Below, piece after piece: positions 10,136 through 20,048 of a stretch of 64,000 nt of DNA. This stretch comes from a virus (taxonomy: Duplodnaviria > Heunggongvirae > Uroviricota > Caudoviricetes): the IMG/VR virus record IMGVR_UViG_3300042401_001180. One strand, written 5' to 3'. Position 1 is the first letter of the stretch. The number at the start of each line of letters is the position of its first letter. A program made the position numbers and the translations under genes. The notes below the pieces were generated by a model, which worked only from the letters and a program-made list of their open reading frames with translations, searched no databases and was not told the origin of the DNA.

Positions 10136-10442
10136 AATAAAAAATATGTGTATCCAGGGCAGATTTGTAGTCTTGCAGGGCGGCAACTAACGGAAAAGGT
10201 ACAACTAATATTGTTCCGTCAGGTATATTCGTCTCTAATCCACCATATAGTGGGTTTGCTATCATTATTAACCAACCAAAATACGGTGCTCCATATTTTT
10301 CGTAACTTATCTTATCTAATCTACTCTGATTTTTTCTATAAATATATCTTTGATCTGACGATCTTGCAGGTAAACTTAAAAATGGTACTACGGTTTGTTT
10401 ACCATTAATTAAAAAATTACCATATCTATCATAATATTGCAT
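10125..10442 (-). CDS. LysM-like baseplate wedge protein (gp53 / tail X-like)
   Basis: RLDKISYEKYG...WLIMIANP...IPDGTILVVP is the typical phage baseplate LysM-like pattern. Confidence 0.75.
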   Translation of the reverse strand: MQYYDRYGNFLINGKQTVVPFLSLPARSSDQRYIYRKNQSRLDKISYEKYGAPYFGWLIMIANPLYGGLETNIPDGTILVVPFPLVAALQDYKSALDTHIFYYGR

Positions 10443-10443
10443 A

Positions 10444-13400
10444 TTAATTAAATGTTTTTTTCAAATTAAATTTATCCCACTGTGAGTTTTGATCCGACCA
10501 CACCTCTTTTAAATTAGCATCATTAGGTGGATTAATAGGGTTCTGAGTCTCATAGTTTAAAATCCTAGTTTTTTCCTTATTGTATGGGTTATAGGTGTTG
10601 TATTTATTTTTATAAAAATTATCATTAAAATCTTTAAAACGGTTATCCACAATGTCTTTAGATCTTTTATAATCAACATAAAGACCAATAGTTTTTGGGT
10701 TATTATTATACACTCCCGTATTAATGTTAATACTAAAATCCCACCCAATGGTATTTAAAATATATGAATTCCACTGAATATCTGACGAAGTGTTTTGTAC
10801 CGGTGACACAACACTTGATGCGAACTTTAATGCATCCGTTATAACGTCTTTTCCAAATAACATAAAAAATCTATTATCCGCAGGTGTTGTCATTGAGCTG
10901 TCAGGTTCTATTAGTGTGTTAAATACAAACGTATTGTTATACGAGTCAGTATCTCCTGATGTGATAATTTTAGTTTCGTATAGTTTGTTATAATATTCAT
11001 TTAAATCTGAACGTATTTTTAAGAAATCTTGTACAAGTTCTGAGTACGTATTAGTTACTCCAACACTTGCAGGATCAACCCCTGACCCACCACTTAAAGT
11101 ATACATAACGACGCTACCGTTTTTAGCGATATAACCATCATTTGCACTTGTAACAAAATTTATTTTATCAATAGTACTAATTAGTTTTAATTCCTCATTT
11201 GCAATTGTCGTATTACAATTTTCTAACTCCCCTAAAAGTACCGAACCTCTTTCATCAATTAATTTTTTAATTTGTCTTTTTATTTTTCTTATGTCCTGAT
11301 TTGTAAAATTTTGGTTTTGCACTTCAGGTAATAAAGGACACGTTCCGTCATCAACATCGTTTTTTGCTTCTTTTACTAGTAGCTCAACTTTATTTTGTAT
11401 TGATTCTGATTTACCATATATATTTGCAGTGTTTGTAGTGTTACCGGTTAAATAGTCAAATAACCCATCAGTAAATTTTCTATCTTTTGTTGACATTAAA
11501 AGTCCCCCTAATAAATTATTTTCATTAATTTTTTGTAAGTTAGTAATTGTGGTGTCAGCATATGATTTTGTTTGTTCTGCCAATGTTTTCATAATATCTT
11601 GATATGATATTGTACCGTAAGCCTTTTGAGTGTTTAAATCGTATGAATTTGTTTTTATAACACCAATAGTATCTCCAGCATCATTTGTTCTTTGTTTTGC
11701 CGGATCGTCTTTTATCCCTAACTGGTCTTTTATATCTGCCAAGATTTCAGCATCATATTGTGATGTTACGTCCTCAGTTGAGTCAGCCCTTTCATCGTAC
11801 ATTTCAGTATTTGCGTAGTAATTGAAAGATAAGGCGTTTTGTAATTTAGCAATTGGTGCAGCCAATCCATGTCCACCAATAAAATTAAAACTAACACTAA
11901 TGTCCGCAATCATTGGTTGTACTCCAATACCTTCAGGGTTTAAATCAAATTTTGCATCTTCATATTTAATACTTAATGAGTCTATCGCTATTTTTGTATG
12001 AAAGAAATCCCCAATTCTTAGAACACATATTGGTGGAGCCCCAAATACACTGTTTGTTACATCGTTGTAAATTAACTTTGTGTTTTCGCCGTCTTTTGAT
12101 ACTGTAGGAATCGTATCTCCAGGTCTCATACATTGTTGTAAGAATGTTAATCTAGCGTTTAAACCTTCGGGAGTTATTGAATGGAAAACAGGATGAAAAT
12201 GTTTAAGTTTACTTTTTAATCCGTCATAAATCATAGGGTCTTTTTGTTTAACTAATTCAAAATAATTACACTCAGTTAATAATTTTCTAGCAAGTCTTTT
12301 GGTTAAGTCTTGTCTTGGTTGGGCAGTTCTTTTTACTATAGGATCTTGTTTTTGTCTTGTTGTTGTATAACCAGCGGGGTTATTACTTGGGCTCCCTGAA
12401 GTTGTAGTACTACCACTTCCCGGATTTTCTTCCGCCTCAGTAAATACCGCCGCATTAGGTGGATCATTATTTGTTTGCGTTGCCGGTGGTTGTTCAACAT
12501 CTACCTGTGGTGGTGCCTCATGTTTTACATCAAGAATCCTAACTCTTCTACATGCCATTGCATTTACTGAAACAGTACCTTCGTTACTATTATTTATAAA
12601 ATCTTTACCACATGTTATAAATTTATATTTAGGGTCAAGTATGGTTGCTGTTTCACCCTCAGAAACTGTTGTAATAAGTAACGTCTTGTTATATTCATTT
12701 TTTAATTTTACCCCGTCATACTCAAAACTTAAAATGTATTGTAATGCCGAGTCATTTCTTCTTTTTGATAAATCTACGTTATAAGCGACATTAGTTACGG
12801 CAGATGCGGACGCCTTTAAAGTAAAACTAACTTTACCTCCTTGTTTAATTGCTATACAGACTTGGGTTAAAAATTTCTTAATTTCTTCAAATTCTGAATC
12901 TATATAACCAAAAAATTCATTAATTGAATCTTTTCTTGTATCAATATAACTGTCTAAATATTTTTGTTTTAATTCATCACTACCACTCAATATATAATTA
13001 GTGTAGTTAACATATGTAGCATCCCCATATTTAATTATCATATCTTTGGCTTCACCAAAGTTTCTTACTCCATCATTACCCCCCGTACTTAAATATTCGT
13101 CTTTTAATGCCTTATATGCCGTAAGTGTTTGGTCATAAGGTTTACTTGATTTAGTTTTTTCTGTTGGTGATTTTACTCTTGGAAAATCATTATGAAAGAA
13201 AAATATAGACTCGGTAAACTTTAATACTTCCGGTTCTGGTGGTTCGGGAATCACCACTATAGTTGATCCCGTTGGTGTTGGTGTTGGGTTTGGTGTTGGT
13301 GTTGGGTTTGGTATTACATCTTCATCAACCAAGTTTTCAACAGTCTCATTAGGTAACATTTCAGTAACTGTTATGATATCTTCGGGATAGATAATTTCTT

Positions 13401-16400
13401 CCATTACTTGAAAAACATCGTTAGGTGTAAACATTGGGAATTTTTTAACTAAATCATATAAATCATATTTAGTACATCCCGCAAAAAATGAATCTAAAAC
13501 CTTTGTTATTTCAGATTCAGGTGTTAAATTTTCTAACTCTCTATCTAAAATAACATTCATAATAGATGGGTGATCCACAATAATTTTCCAACTTACGTTA
13601 CCCTTTCTTGTTGTATTACTATATGTGTATATTGGTTCGGATCTTCCTAAAAAAGTATTATCAGTCCAATTAGTATTAATTGATTCGTCAAAATTTAAAT
13701 CGTATGGTGGGAACCACATAATTCTACCCCCGTTTGGTCCTTTTTCACAATCAGGTAAGTCTTCATATGTATATCCAGGTCTATTTGATGTTCTCCAAGA
13801 CAAATTTTCTAATGAGAACATATATTTTTTCACCTTTCCTCCTTGAATATTTGTTGATTCATTTCCTTTCCAAGGAGCAATATTTAAATTGAACGTATTA
13901 TCTAAAACCGAATTGTTATATTTTCTAATATTCCCATCGGTTTTTTGTAACTCATCATGTGAATAGTATGGTCTATCTTTAGTGAATACCCTACAATATT
14001 CATATCCCTTTGCTGTTGGAGTTCTATCCTCTTTAGGTAACGATGTTTTTGTTGTGTATCTTACGACTCTTGACCCCTTAGTTAACTCAATGTATCCGTC
14101 ATTAAAAACTTTAGATACTTGGTTTATTGCATTACCTACGTGTTGGAGTTTGTTTGCTGATCTGTTTCCAGCATCTATTAATTTTTGTGTAACATCTAAT
14201 ATTGAATTTTCCGTAAATTCATAGTTAGTGGACTTTGTTGGTTGGTACACTGAACTAATGTCTGAAAAATTATATTTACTATTGTCTTTAAATGCTTCTC
14301 CTCCAGGTCCGGCAAAATCTCCAGGTAATATATAATTTTTACCTCCTCTACCCGCTTTAGAAATCCAAGTAAATCCTGCCTGTACACCATTTAATCCGTC
14401 AAAATATGGACGACTATTTAATCCACTATATATTTCACTTATTTTTGTGCCCTCATATTCCTCACCGATTTTACCATATGAAAATACGGCACTTCTGTCT
14501 GTTGCAATACCTTTAATTTTACTTTCAGGTAATTCACCATCAGGTGAAACTATCTCAGTTATTGAAGATTTTCTATTACCTATATAATATTTTCCTTGTG
14601 GGGCTAAAAGGTTATTACCAATTTTATAATCAGGTCTAAAATTATTTAACCTTAATTGATCATACAATAAATCCCTTGTAGCGACTGATGTAAATTCAAC
14701 AAATAATTCAGATGCTGATTGGTTCTTAGGTTGTAACATCCTAAATACCCCACCTATTGCCCCTCCAATTACTGAAAGTGGGTTATTATATATTGCAGAA
14801 CCCTTCTTATCAGGATAATCAAAATACTCACCGGGAATATAAGAATAGGGTGAGTAGGTACCCGCCAATTTAGCAGCAAAGTTTATCGCTTGTCCTAAAA
14901 ATAAATCAGGGTTAGTAATTGAGTAGTTTCTAGATATTATAGGTATTTGTCCTGATAATATACCAAGAGCGTTAAACGGATCTAAGTTTGGTTCTGCAGA
15001 TATTTGCCCCGTATCAGGGTTAACCTGAGAATTTAATAAATTTACCCTACCAAGTGTTTGTTGTAGTAACTCTAAAGCTATCCTATGTTTAAATTCTTTT
15101 TGTAGTTGTTTTGCGGCAAGATTTGCAAGTGCCGAATCTTGTGATAAATTACCGTCAGATCCACTTGGGTCGTTACTTATTAGTATACTAGCAGGACTAT
15201 ATGTAGAAGGTAGAAATATAAACGTGTTATCAGAATTTGCATATGGTAATCCCGTATTTGGTATTTCTAAATCGTCTATAGTGAGTATGGGGTATTTCCC
15301 GTTACCTGTAACGTATTTATTTATTATATATGCATCATTTGCTTCAACATCACCAACATTTTCTAATTCACTATCAATAGTGTCAGGAAACCCATACTCA
15401 CCTTCGTTAGTTTTTACTTGGTAATTTTGATTAATAATAACAGAATCTTTACCTATAATTTGAGGACCATACTGGTTTGTTGCAATAAGTATTGGTCTAT
15501 CAACTTTACCTTCTGTATATAAATCACTATTTATTGTGTCTCCGTAATTATAGTTACCTCTTGGTTGTATCGGTTTTGGGATAAAAGCAAATGGTGAAAC
15601 TTCCGTTTCACTTTGTCCGCCTTCAGGTCTATAAATGTTTTTTACTATTAAGGTAACTTTAGTTTCACTCCCGATGGTTTCTAAATCACTACCAAATGTG
15701 TCCCAAAAATTATAATTACCTTCATTAGACCCTAACGTTAAAACATTATTTATATCGTAACGACTATTACCGTATTGCGTACTATTCTCAGGAGAGTATT
15801 TGTTTTTAACAATTAGAGACGCCTCTTGAGTATTACCTATTTGGTATAGATAACTGTTAAACGTATCGTCTATAGTGTATGTACCGTTACCGGTTGTTAA
15901 TATGGATTGGTTATCATTTATATACCAAACCGTGTTTCCATAATCTTGTGACGTTGATGGTTTATAAACATTTTTAAGTTTATGAGCCACTTCTTGTGTA
16001 TTACCTATTTGGTATAGGTAACTGTTAAACGTATCGTCAATGGTGTATATTCCACTACCAGTGCTTAGTATTGTTTGATCATTATTAATCGACCAAACAG
16101 TATTACCGTAGTCTTGGGGACTTAATGGTTTATAAAGATTTTTTAATTTATGAAAAACTTCTTGTGTGTTACCAATTTGGAATAAGTAACTATTAGTAGT
16201 ATCGTTTATGTCATATATTCCACTACCAGTACTTAGTATTGTTTGATCATTGTTTATATACCAAACAGTATTTCCATAGTCTTGGGGACTTAATGGTTTA
16301 TAAAGATTTTTTAATTTATGAAAAACTTCTTGATTATTACCTATTTTAAATAAGTAACTATTAGTGGTATCGTCTATATTATACTCACCACTACCCATTG

Positions 16401-17010
16401 TAAGGATAGTTTCATCGTCATTTATAAACCATACAGTATTACCAAACTGTCCCAAACCTATTGGTTTATATGGGTTTCTAACAATATGTATAGTTTCTTG
16501 ATTATCCCCAATATTTTCTAATTTAGAACCGATAGTTCTTGGATACCCGTATTTACCAAGATTAGTATAAATAGAAATATCATTATTAATTAATACTGTG
16601 TCTCCGTAATTTTTACCGTTTTCTGTTGGTCCATATAAGTTTTTTATAAAAAGTAACCCTTCTTGATTATCCCCTATTGTTTCTAAATTACTCCCTACAC
16701 TATCAGGATATCCGTATTCCCCTTCATTAGATTTGATACCTAAATTTAAATTTATTTGTACCACATCTCCGTAGTAGGATTTGTTTTCAGGTGTGTATTG
16801 GTTTTTAGTATAAAGAATTTTTTCTTGAATATCTCCAACAACTTCAATTTTTGGAGAATCTATGATGGCATAATCTAAAATTAAAAAATCATTTGTTGCA
16901 GGAACATCTCCAGTTGAAAACTCATTTTCTACTTTATATGGTGGTAAATTTCTTAGAAGTAATTTTTTTCTGAAATTCTCACTTGAATTAAACGATAACG
17001 GACTTTCCAT
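10444..17010 (-). CDS. Giant baseplate / tail-tube-initiator-like protein with 56-aa repeats and an internal OmpA-like peptidoglycan-binding domain
   Basis: WFPPYDLNFDE...FLGRSEPIYTY and PPICVLRIG...PMIADISVSF resemble gp48/CIS tube-initiator folds. ASAS...YNVDLSKRRNDS...CRRVRI resembles OmpA_C. Confidence 0.6.
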   Translation of the reverse strand: MESPLSFNSSENFRKKLLLRNLPPYKVENEFSTGDVPATNDFLILDYAIIDSPKIEVVGDIQEKILYTKNQYTPENKSYYGDVVQINLNLGIKSNEGEYGYPDSVGSNLETIGDNQEGLLFIKNLYGPTENGKNYGDTVLINNDISIYTNLGKYGYPRTIGSKLENIGDNQETIHIVRNPYKPIGLGQFGNTVWFINDDETILTMGSGEYNIDDTTNSYLFKIGNNQEVFHKLKNLYKPLSPQDYGNTVWYINNDQTILSTGSGIYDINDTTNSYLFQIGNTQEVFHKLKNLYKPLSPQDYGNTVWSINNDQTILSTGSGIYTIDDTFNSYLYQIGNTQEVAHKLKNVYKPSTSQDYGNTVWYINDNQSILTTGNGTYTIDDTFNSYLYQIGNTQEASLIVKNKYSPENSTQYGNSRYDINNVLTLGSNEGNYNFWDTFGSDLETIGSETKVTLIVKNIYRPEGGQSETEVSPFAFIPKPIQPRGNYNYGDTINSDLYTEGKVDRPILIATNQYGPQIIGKDSVIINQNYQVKTNEGEYGFPDTIDSELENVGDVEANDAYIINKYVTGNGKYPILTIDDLEIPNTGLPYANSDNTFIFLPSTYSPASILISNDPSGSDGNLSQDSALANLAAKQLQKEFKHRIALELLQQTLGRVNLLNSQVNPDTGQISAEPNLDPFNALGILSGQIPIISRNYSITNPDLFLGQAINFAAKLAGTYSPYSYIPGEYFDYPDKKGSAIYNNPLSVIGGAIGGVFRMLQPKNQSASELFVEFTSVATRDLLYDQLRLNNFRPDYKIGNNLLAPQGKYYIGNRKSSITEIVSPDGELPESKIKGIATDRSAVFSYGKIGEEYEGTKISEIYSGLNSRPYFDGLNGVQAGFTWISKAGRGGKNYILPGDFAGPGGEAFKDNSKYNFSDISSVYQPTKSTNYEFTENSILDVTQKLIDAGNRSANKLQHVGNAINQVSKVFNDGYIELTKGSRVVRYTTKTSLPKEDRTPTAKGYEYCRVFTKDRPYYSHDELQKTDGNIRKYNNSVLDNTFNLNIAPWKGNESTNIQGGKVKKYMFSLENLSWRTSNRPGYTYEDLPDCEKGPNGGRIMWFPPYDLNFDESINTNWTDNTFLGRSEPIYTYSNTTRKGNVSWKIIVDHPSIMNVILDRELENLTPESEITKVLDSFFAGCTKYDLYDLVKKFPMFTPNDVFQVMEEIIYPEDIITVTEMLPNETVENLVDEDVIPNPTPTPNPTPTPTGSTIVVIPEPPEPEVLKFTESIFFFHNDFPRVKSPTEKTKSSKPYDQTLTAYKALKDEYLSTGGNDGVRNFGEAKDMIIKYGDATYVNYTNYILSGSDELKQKYLDSYIDTRKDSINEFFGYIDSEFEEIKKFLTQVCIAIKQGGKVSFTLKASASAVTNVAYNVDLSKRRNDSALQYILSFEYDGVKLKNEYNKTLLITTVSEGETATILDPKYKFITCGKDFINNSNEGTVSVNAMACRRVRILDVKHEAPPQVDVEQPPATQTNNDPPNAAVFTEAEENPGSGSTTTSGSPSNNPAGYTTTRQKQDPIVKRTAQPRQDLTKRLARKLLTECNYFELVKQKDPMIYDGLKSKLKHFHPVFHSITPEGLNARLTFLQQCMRPGDTIPTVSKDGENTKLIYNDVTNSVFGAPPICVLRIGDFFHTKIAIDSLSIKYEDAKFDLNPEGIGVQPMIADISVSFNFIGGHGLAAPIAKLQNALSFNYYANTEMYDERADSTEDVTSQYDAEILADIKDQLGIKDDPAKQRTNDAGDTIGVIKTNSYDLNTQKAYGTISYQDIMKTLAEQTKSYADTTITNLQKINENNLLGGLLMSTKDRKFTDGLFDYLTGNTTNTANIYGKSESIQNKVELLVKEAKNDVDDGTCPLLPEVQNQNFTNQDIRKIKRQIKKLIDERGSVLLGELENCNTTIANEELKLISTIDKINFVTSANDGYIAKNGSVVMYTLSGGSGVDPASVGVTNTYSELVQDFLKIRSDLNEYYNKLYETKIITSGDTDSYNNTFVFNTLIEPDSSMTTPADNRFFMLFGKDVITDALKFASSVVSPVQNTSSDIQWNSYILNTIGWDFSININTGVYNNNPKTIGLYVDYKRSKDIVDNRFKDFNDNFYKNKYNTYNPYNKEKTRILNYETQNPINPPNDANLKEVWSDQNSQWDKFNLKKTFN
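15700..16520. repeat. Degenerate 168-bp (56-aa) tandem repeats inside the 2188-aa gene; boundaries approximate
   Basis: GTCTTGGGGACTTAATGGTTTATAAAGATTTTTTAATTTATGAAAAACTTCTTG occurs at 16111 and 16279 (period 168). Protein unit KNLYKP...YGNTVW.IN.DQTIL.TG.G.Y.I.DT.NSYL..IGN.QE. Confidence 0.9.
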
Positions 17011-17048
17011 TCACTCTATTTTATTTATAAATAGATAAATTTTTATTT

Positions 17049-19025
17049 TTATGCTATTACACCCTGTTGTTTTTTGTACGATTCTAACTTATATAACACT
17101 GTATCCATTATTTGTTTTTGTACTTTAGGGTCTTCAAATATTTTATTAATGTTACCTTGATCACCTGTAACGTTACCCCCAACATTAATATTAATATCTA
17201 TTTTTCCTGTCATACTAGTATTAGTTGTGGTAGTTCCTCCATTTGTTGATGTCAGTAAGTCGTTTATTTTAGAGGACTTATTTATAACCGAATCTAAATT
17301 TGGTGACATAACATTTCCTCCATTTGTTGACGATAATAAATCATTCATTTTAGCGGACTTATTTATAAACGAATCTAAATTTGGAGCCATTAATAAGTCG
17401 TCATTAATATTTGGTAATAATTTACCAAATCCCGTACTTATCATGTTTTTACCTCCAGACGGAATAAAAGCATCATTGATGTCATCAACAGGTTTTCCTT
17501 CTTCTAAGTTTTTTTTCTTTTTTTCCATCGCCTCTCTTCTATTTTCCTTTGCCACCTCATCATCCACCCCAACAATTTCTCCAATTTTAGATGCCCCTGT
17601 TGCTGCGGCTTGATTAAGTCCCTTAAGTCCTGCTGCGGTTGTTGGTGCCGCCTTATCCGCCGCGTTTTTAAATGCAGTACCTAAACCATCATTGGTTGTT
17701 TTTATATCTTCAAGAAATTTATCTCTATCGGGAATATTTCTTATAACAGCCTCTTTAATAATATTAACATCTTTTGCCTGATTTTCGGTTATTGTCATTT
17801 GAGCAACCGCCAAATCTCTTTCTGATAACGCGGCCTTGTCTTGATAATCTTTTAACGCTTTTTGTGTGTCCGCATTTTGAAGTTGAGCCTTTAATTGATC
17901 AGCACTGTCCGCTTCTATTTTTTTAAACCCTGGAATATCTATTGATACTTTACCGTCTTTACCTATCTCCGCCAATCCAGCAACTAATGATTGTGTATCT
18001 TCAGACATTGATCCTAAATCAAATTTGTCCTTTAGATAATCCATTTTTGATGCCTCTTTTCCCGCTTCAAGTAATTCATCAAAATTTTGTCCTGTTATTC
18101 TGGCTTGTTCTCTTAATCTATATAAATCTTCGGTTGATGCTTCAAATCCACCCGTTGCCTTATTAAATGTAAAAGCCGCCTTTGTTGAGTTTATAAGTTC
18201 TTTTTGTAATCCCTCCATATCACTTTGTGCCATATGCATTAACTGAAACGGATCGGCTAATTTACCCACCGCTCCCCCTAACATTTGCATACTTGCCGCC
18301 GCCTCAATAGCCTTTTCTGGATCCAATAAATTATTAGCAAATCCTTTAGCACCAATCTTATCTACGGTTGTTCTTAATAACATGGCTTGTTTAACCATAT
18401 TTTTCATACCATCAATACCCGTTTTAAATCCAAACCCACTAACCGCTTTAACGTTTGTTCCTATTTCTTTAAGATAGGCTTTAGCACTTAAACCTGCCTG
18501 TCTTGCCTCAACTGATAAATCATGTATTTTTTTTGTTGCTTCCTCCTGTGTACCACCAAACCTTGTCATATCGGTTATTAACATAGCGATTTCTTTTGTG
18601 GACTCTCCTGTTGCTTTAGACAACTCCACAATATTTTGTAAAACTTGAGTGCTTGGATTTACTATTCTTCCCATGCCTTCCGATAATCCCTCAACAGCGG
18701 TTGTTACATCTTTAAAAGATGATCCGATATCCATAGTGGTTTGATATGCTAAATACATCCTTTCTCTGAAGTTATTAGTACCCATAGCGACACCACCCAT
18801 CGATCTCTGTAATGATAATGCTTGATCATTCATAGATATCAACTCTTTGTTGGCATTTTCCAAAATGGTTTTCCAACTAGTACTTACAACAAAATTAGTT
18901 AACGCGTTTTTTAAATCGTCTATTTGAGCAATAGTTCCTTGAACATTGGTGTATTGACTATTTATTCCGTCTCCGGCGGTACTTGCAGCAGCATTAGGAT
19001 CAGAAGTTACGGTCTGTAGAAACAT
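17049..19025 (-). CDS. Tail tape measure protein
   Basis: 658 aa Ala/Gln/Met-rich helical protein directly downstream of the tube and chaperone genes. Contains an 81-bp internal duplication near 17234-17400. Confidence 0.7.
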   Translation of the reverse strand: MFLQTVTSDPNAAASTAGDGINSQYTNVQGTIAQIDDLKNALTNFVVSTSWKTILENANKELISMNDQALSLQRSMGGVAMGTNNFRERMYLAYQTTMDIGSSFKDVTTAVEGLSEGMGRIVNPSTQVLQNIVELSKATGESTKEIAMLITDMTRFGGTQEEATKKIHDLSVEARQAGLSAKAYLKEIGTNVKAVSGFGFKTGIDGMKNMVKQAMLLRTTVDKIGAKGFANNLLDPEKAIEAAASMQMLGGAVGKLADPFQLMHMAQSDMEGLQKELINSTKAAFTFNKATGGFEASTEDLYRLREQARITGQNFDELLEAGKEASKMDYLKDKFDLGSMSEDTQSLVAGLAEIGKDGKVSIDIPGFKKIEADSADQLKAQLQNADTQKALKDYQDKAALSERDLAVAQMTITENQAKDVNIIKEAVIRNIPDRDKFLEDIKTTNDGLGTAFKNAADKAAPTTAAGLKGLNQAAATGASKIGEIVGVDDEVAKENRREAMEKKKKNLEEGKPVDDINDAFIPSGGKNMISTGFGKLLPNINDDLLMAPNLDSFINKSAKMNDLLSSTNGGNVMSPNLDSVINKSSKINDLLTSTNGGTTTTNTSMTGKIDININVGGNVTGDQGNINKIFEDPKVQKQIMDTVLYKLESYKKQQGVIA

Positions 19026-19062
19026 AATTTTTTATTTTTTATATAAATAGGTGGTTATAATG

Positions 19063-19248
19063 TTATTTATTATAACTTTCAATCAATTTATCTATAAAGT
19101 ACCTTCTTTCAAATGAAGGCATTTTCATAACGTCACTATAAGAAAAATGACATTTACTTACTAAATAAAAAATTTCATCTAATAACGATTGTTTATATTG
19201 AGAAGAAAGGACGAAAAAACTCAACCCCAAAAGCGATGTCAACATCAA
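19063..19248 (-). CDS. Small tail-chaperone partner (gp51-like / GT-like), probably expressed as a frameshift extension of 19193..19951
   Basis: LLDEIFYL...FSYSDVMKMPSFERRYF is typical of the second half of tail assembly chaperones. Overlaps the upstream ORF in the +1 frame. Confidence 0.7.
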   Translation of the reverse strand: MMLTSLLGLSFFVLSSQYKQSLLDEIFYLVSKCHFSYSDVMKMPSFERRYFIDKLIESYNK

Positions 19249-19951
19249 CTCTTTCTCCAGACGGGGCTATAATAGTTCTTTTAAGATTTATCGATGGCTC
19301 AGCTTCGTTTAATAATTTTCTTAGATTTTTAGAGTCGGAGATTGGCATTTGATTAACAAATGTAGCAATCTTCATTCTATCGGGATCACCGTTTAATTCA
19401 ACAATATGTTTTTCTAATCTTTTGGTTATAATTGGAGCAATCATACCTTGTGGGTAGGAGTCCTTTAATTTATCAATTTCATTAGTATCACCTAAAGTTA
19501 ACAGTTTACATTTAACTGAAGCTTTAGACGATGGTAAAATAAATTCAAATAACCCATTTTCATTAGATTTATGAATAGTATCTGTAAAATTTATTTCATC
19601 TAACTTTAACGAATATTCAAATTTTCTATTAGTTTGGGGGTCAATTGATGATATTATATATTCAGGACCAAAAGATGTGTTTCTTAAAAATAATAAAACT
19701 GCCTTTGCGTCTGCATCTAATAATTGATTTACGTCAAATCCAGGTTCGTAAATTTTGTTTTTTAATAGTGTGGTTATTAACCCGTCTATTGGAATATTTT
19801 GTGACATTAGAAGATTTTCATCTGAGGCAGTTAAATACCCAACCTTTAATGATTCTTTTTTTGGTTTATAAAATACCCCTTTTGACGGTAACTTAACAAC
19901 GTCGTGTGGTAAGTTAAAATCTTGTTGCCCATAAATTGCTGATTGATCCAT
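19193..19951 (-). CDS. Tail/baseplate assembly chaperone (T4 gp26-like)
   Basis: VKLPSKGVFY, LTASDENLL, LFLRNTSFG and a C-terminal EFFRP; located between the tube and tape measure genes. Confidence 0.75.
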   Translation of the reverse strand: MDQSAIYGQQDFNLPHDVVKLPSKGVFYKPKKESLKVGYLTASDENLLMSQNIPIDGLITTLLKNKIYEPGFDVNQLLDADAKAVLLFLRNTSFGPEYIISSIDPQTNRKFEYSLKLDEINFTDTIHKSNENGLFEFILPSSKASVKCKLLTLGDTNEIDKLKDSYPQGMIAPIITKRLEKHIVELNGDPDRMKIATFVNQMPISDSKNLRKLLNEAEPSINLKRTIIAPSGERVDVDIAFGVEFFRPFFSI

Positions 19952-19996
19952 AATAATTTTTTATTAAAAAATAAATGATTAATGGTGTATGTAAAC

Positions 19997-20024
19997 AAAA
20001 AAACCCCACTTTGTTAGTGAGGTT
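19997..20024 (-). terminator. Rho-independent terminator after the tail tube gene
   Basis: AACCCCACT-ttgtt-AGTGAGGTT hairpin (one G-U pair in the minus-strand RNA) followed by a T-run. Confidence 0.7.
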
Positions 20025-20048
20025 CTTAAAATTATTTTTATATTTGTG

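Noticed and set aside
10136-10186. N-terminal 17 aa (MPPCKTT...) of the 2336-aa ORF
   Set aside because: It lies inside the upstream gene; the ATG at 10135 near the upstream stop is the more plausible start.
15700-16520. Diversity-generating retroelement template/variable repeat pair
   Set aside because: Tandem in-frame coding repeats, differences not confined to adenines, and no reverse transcriptase in the window.
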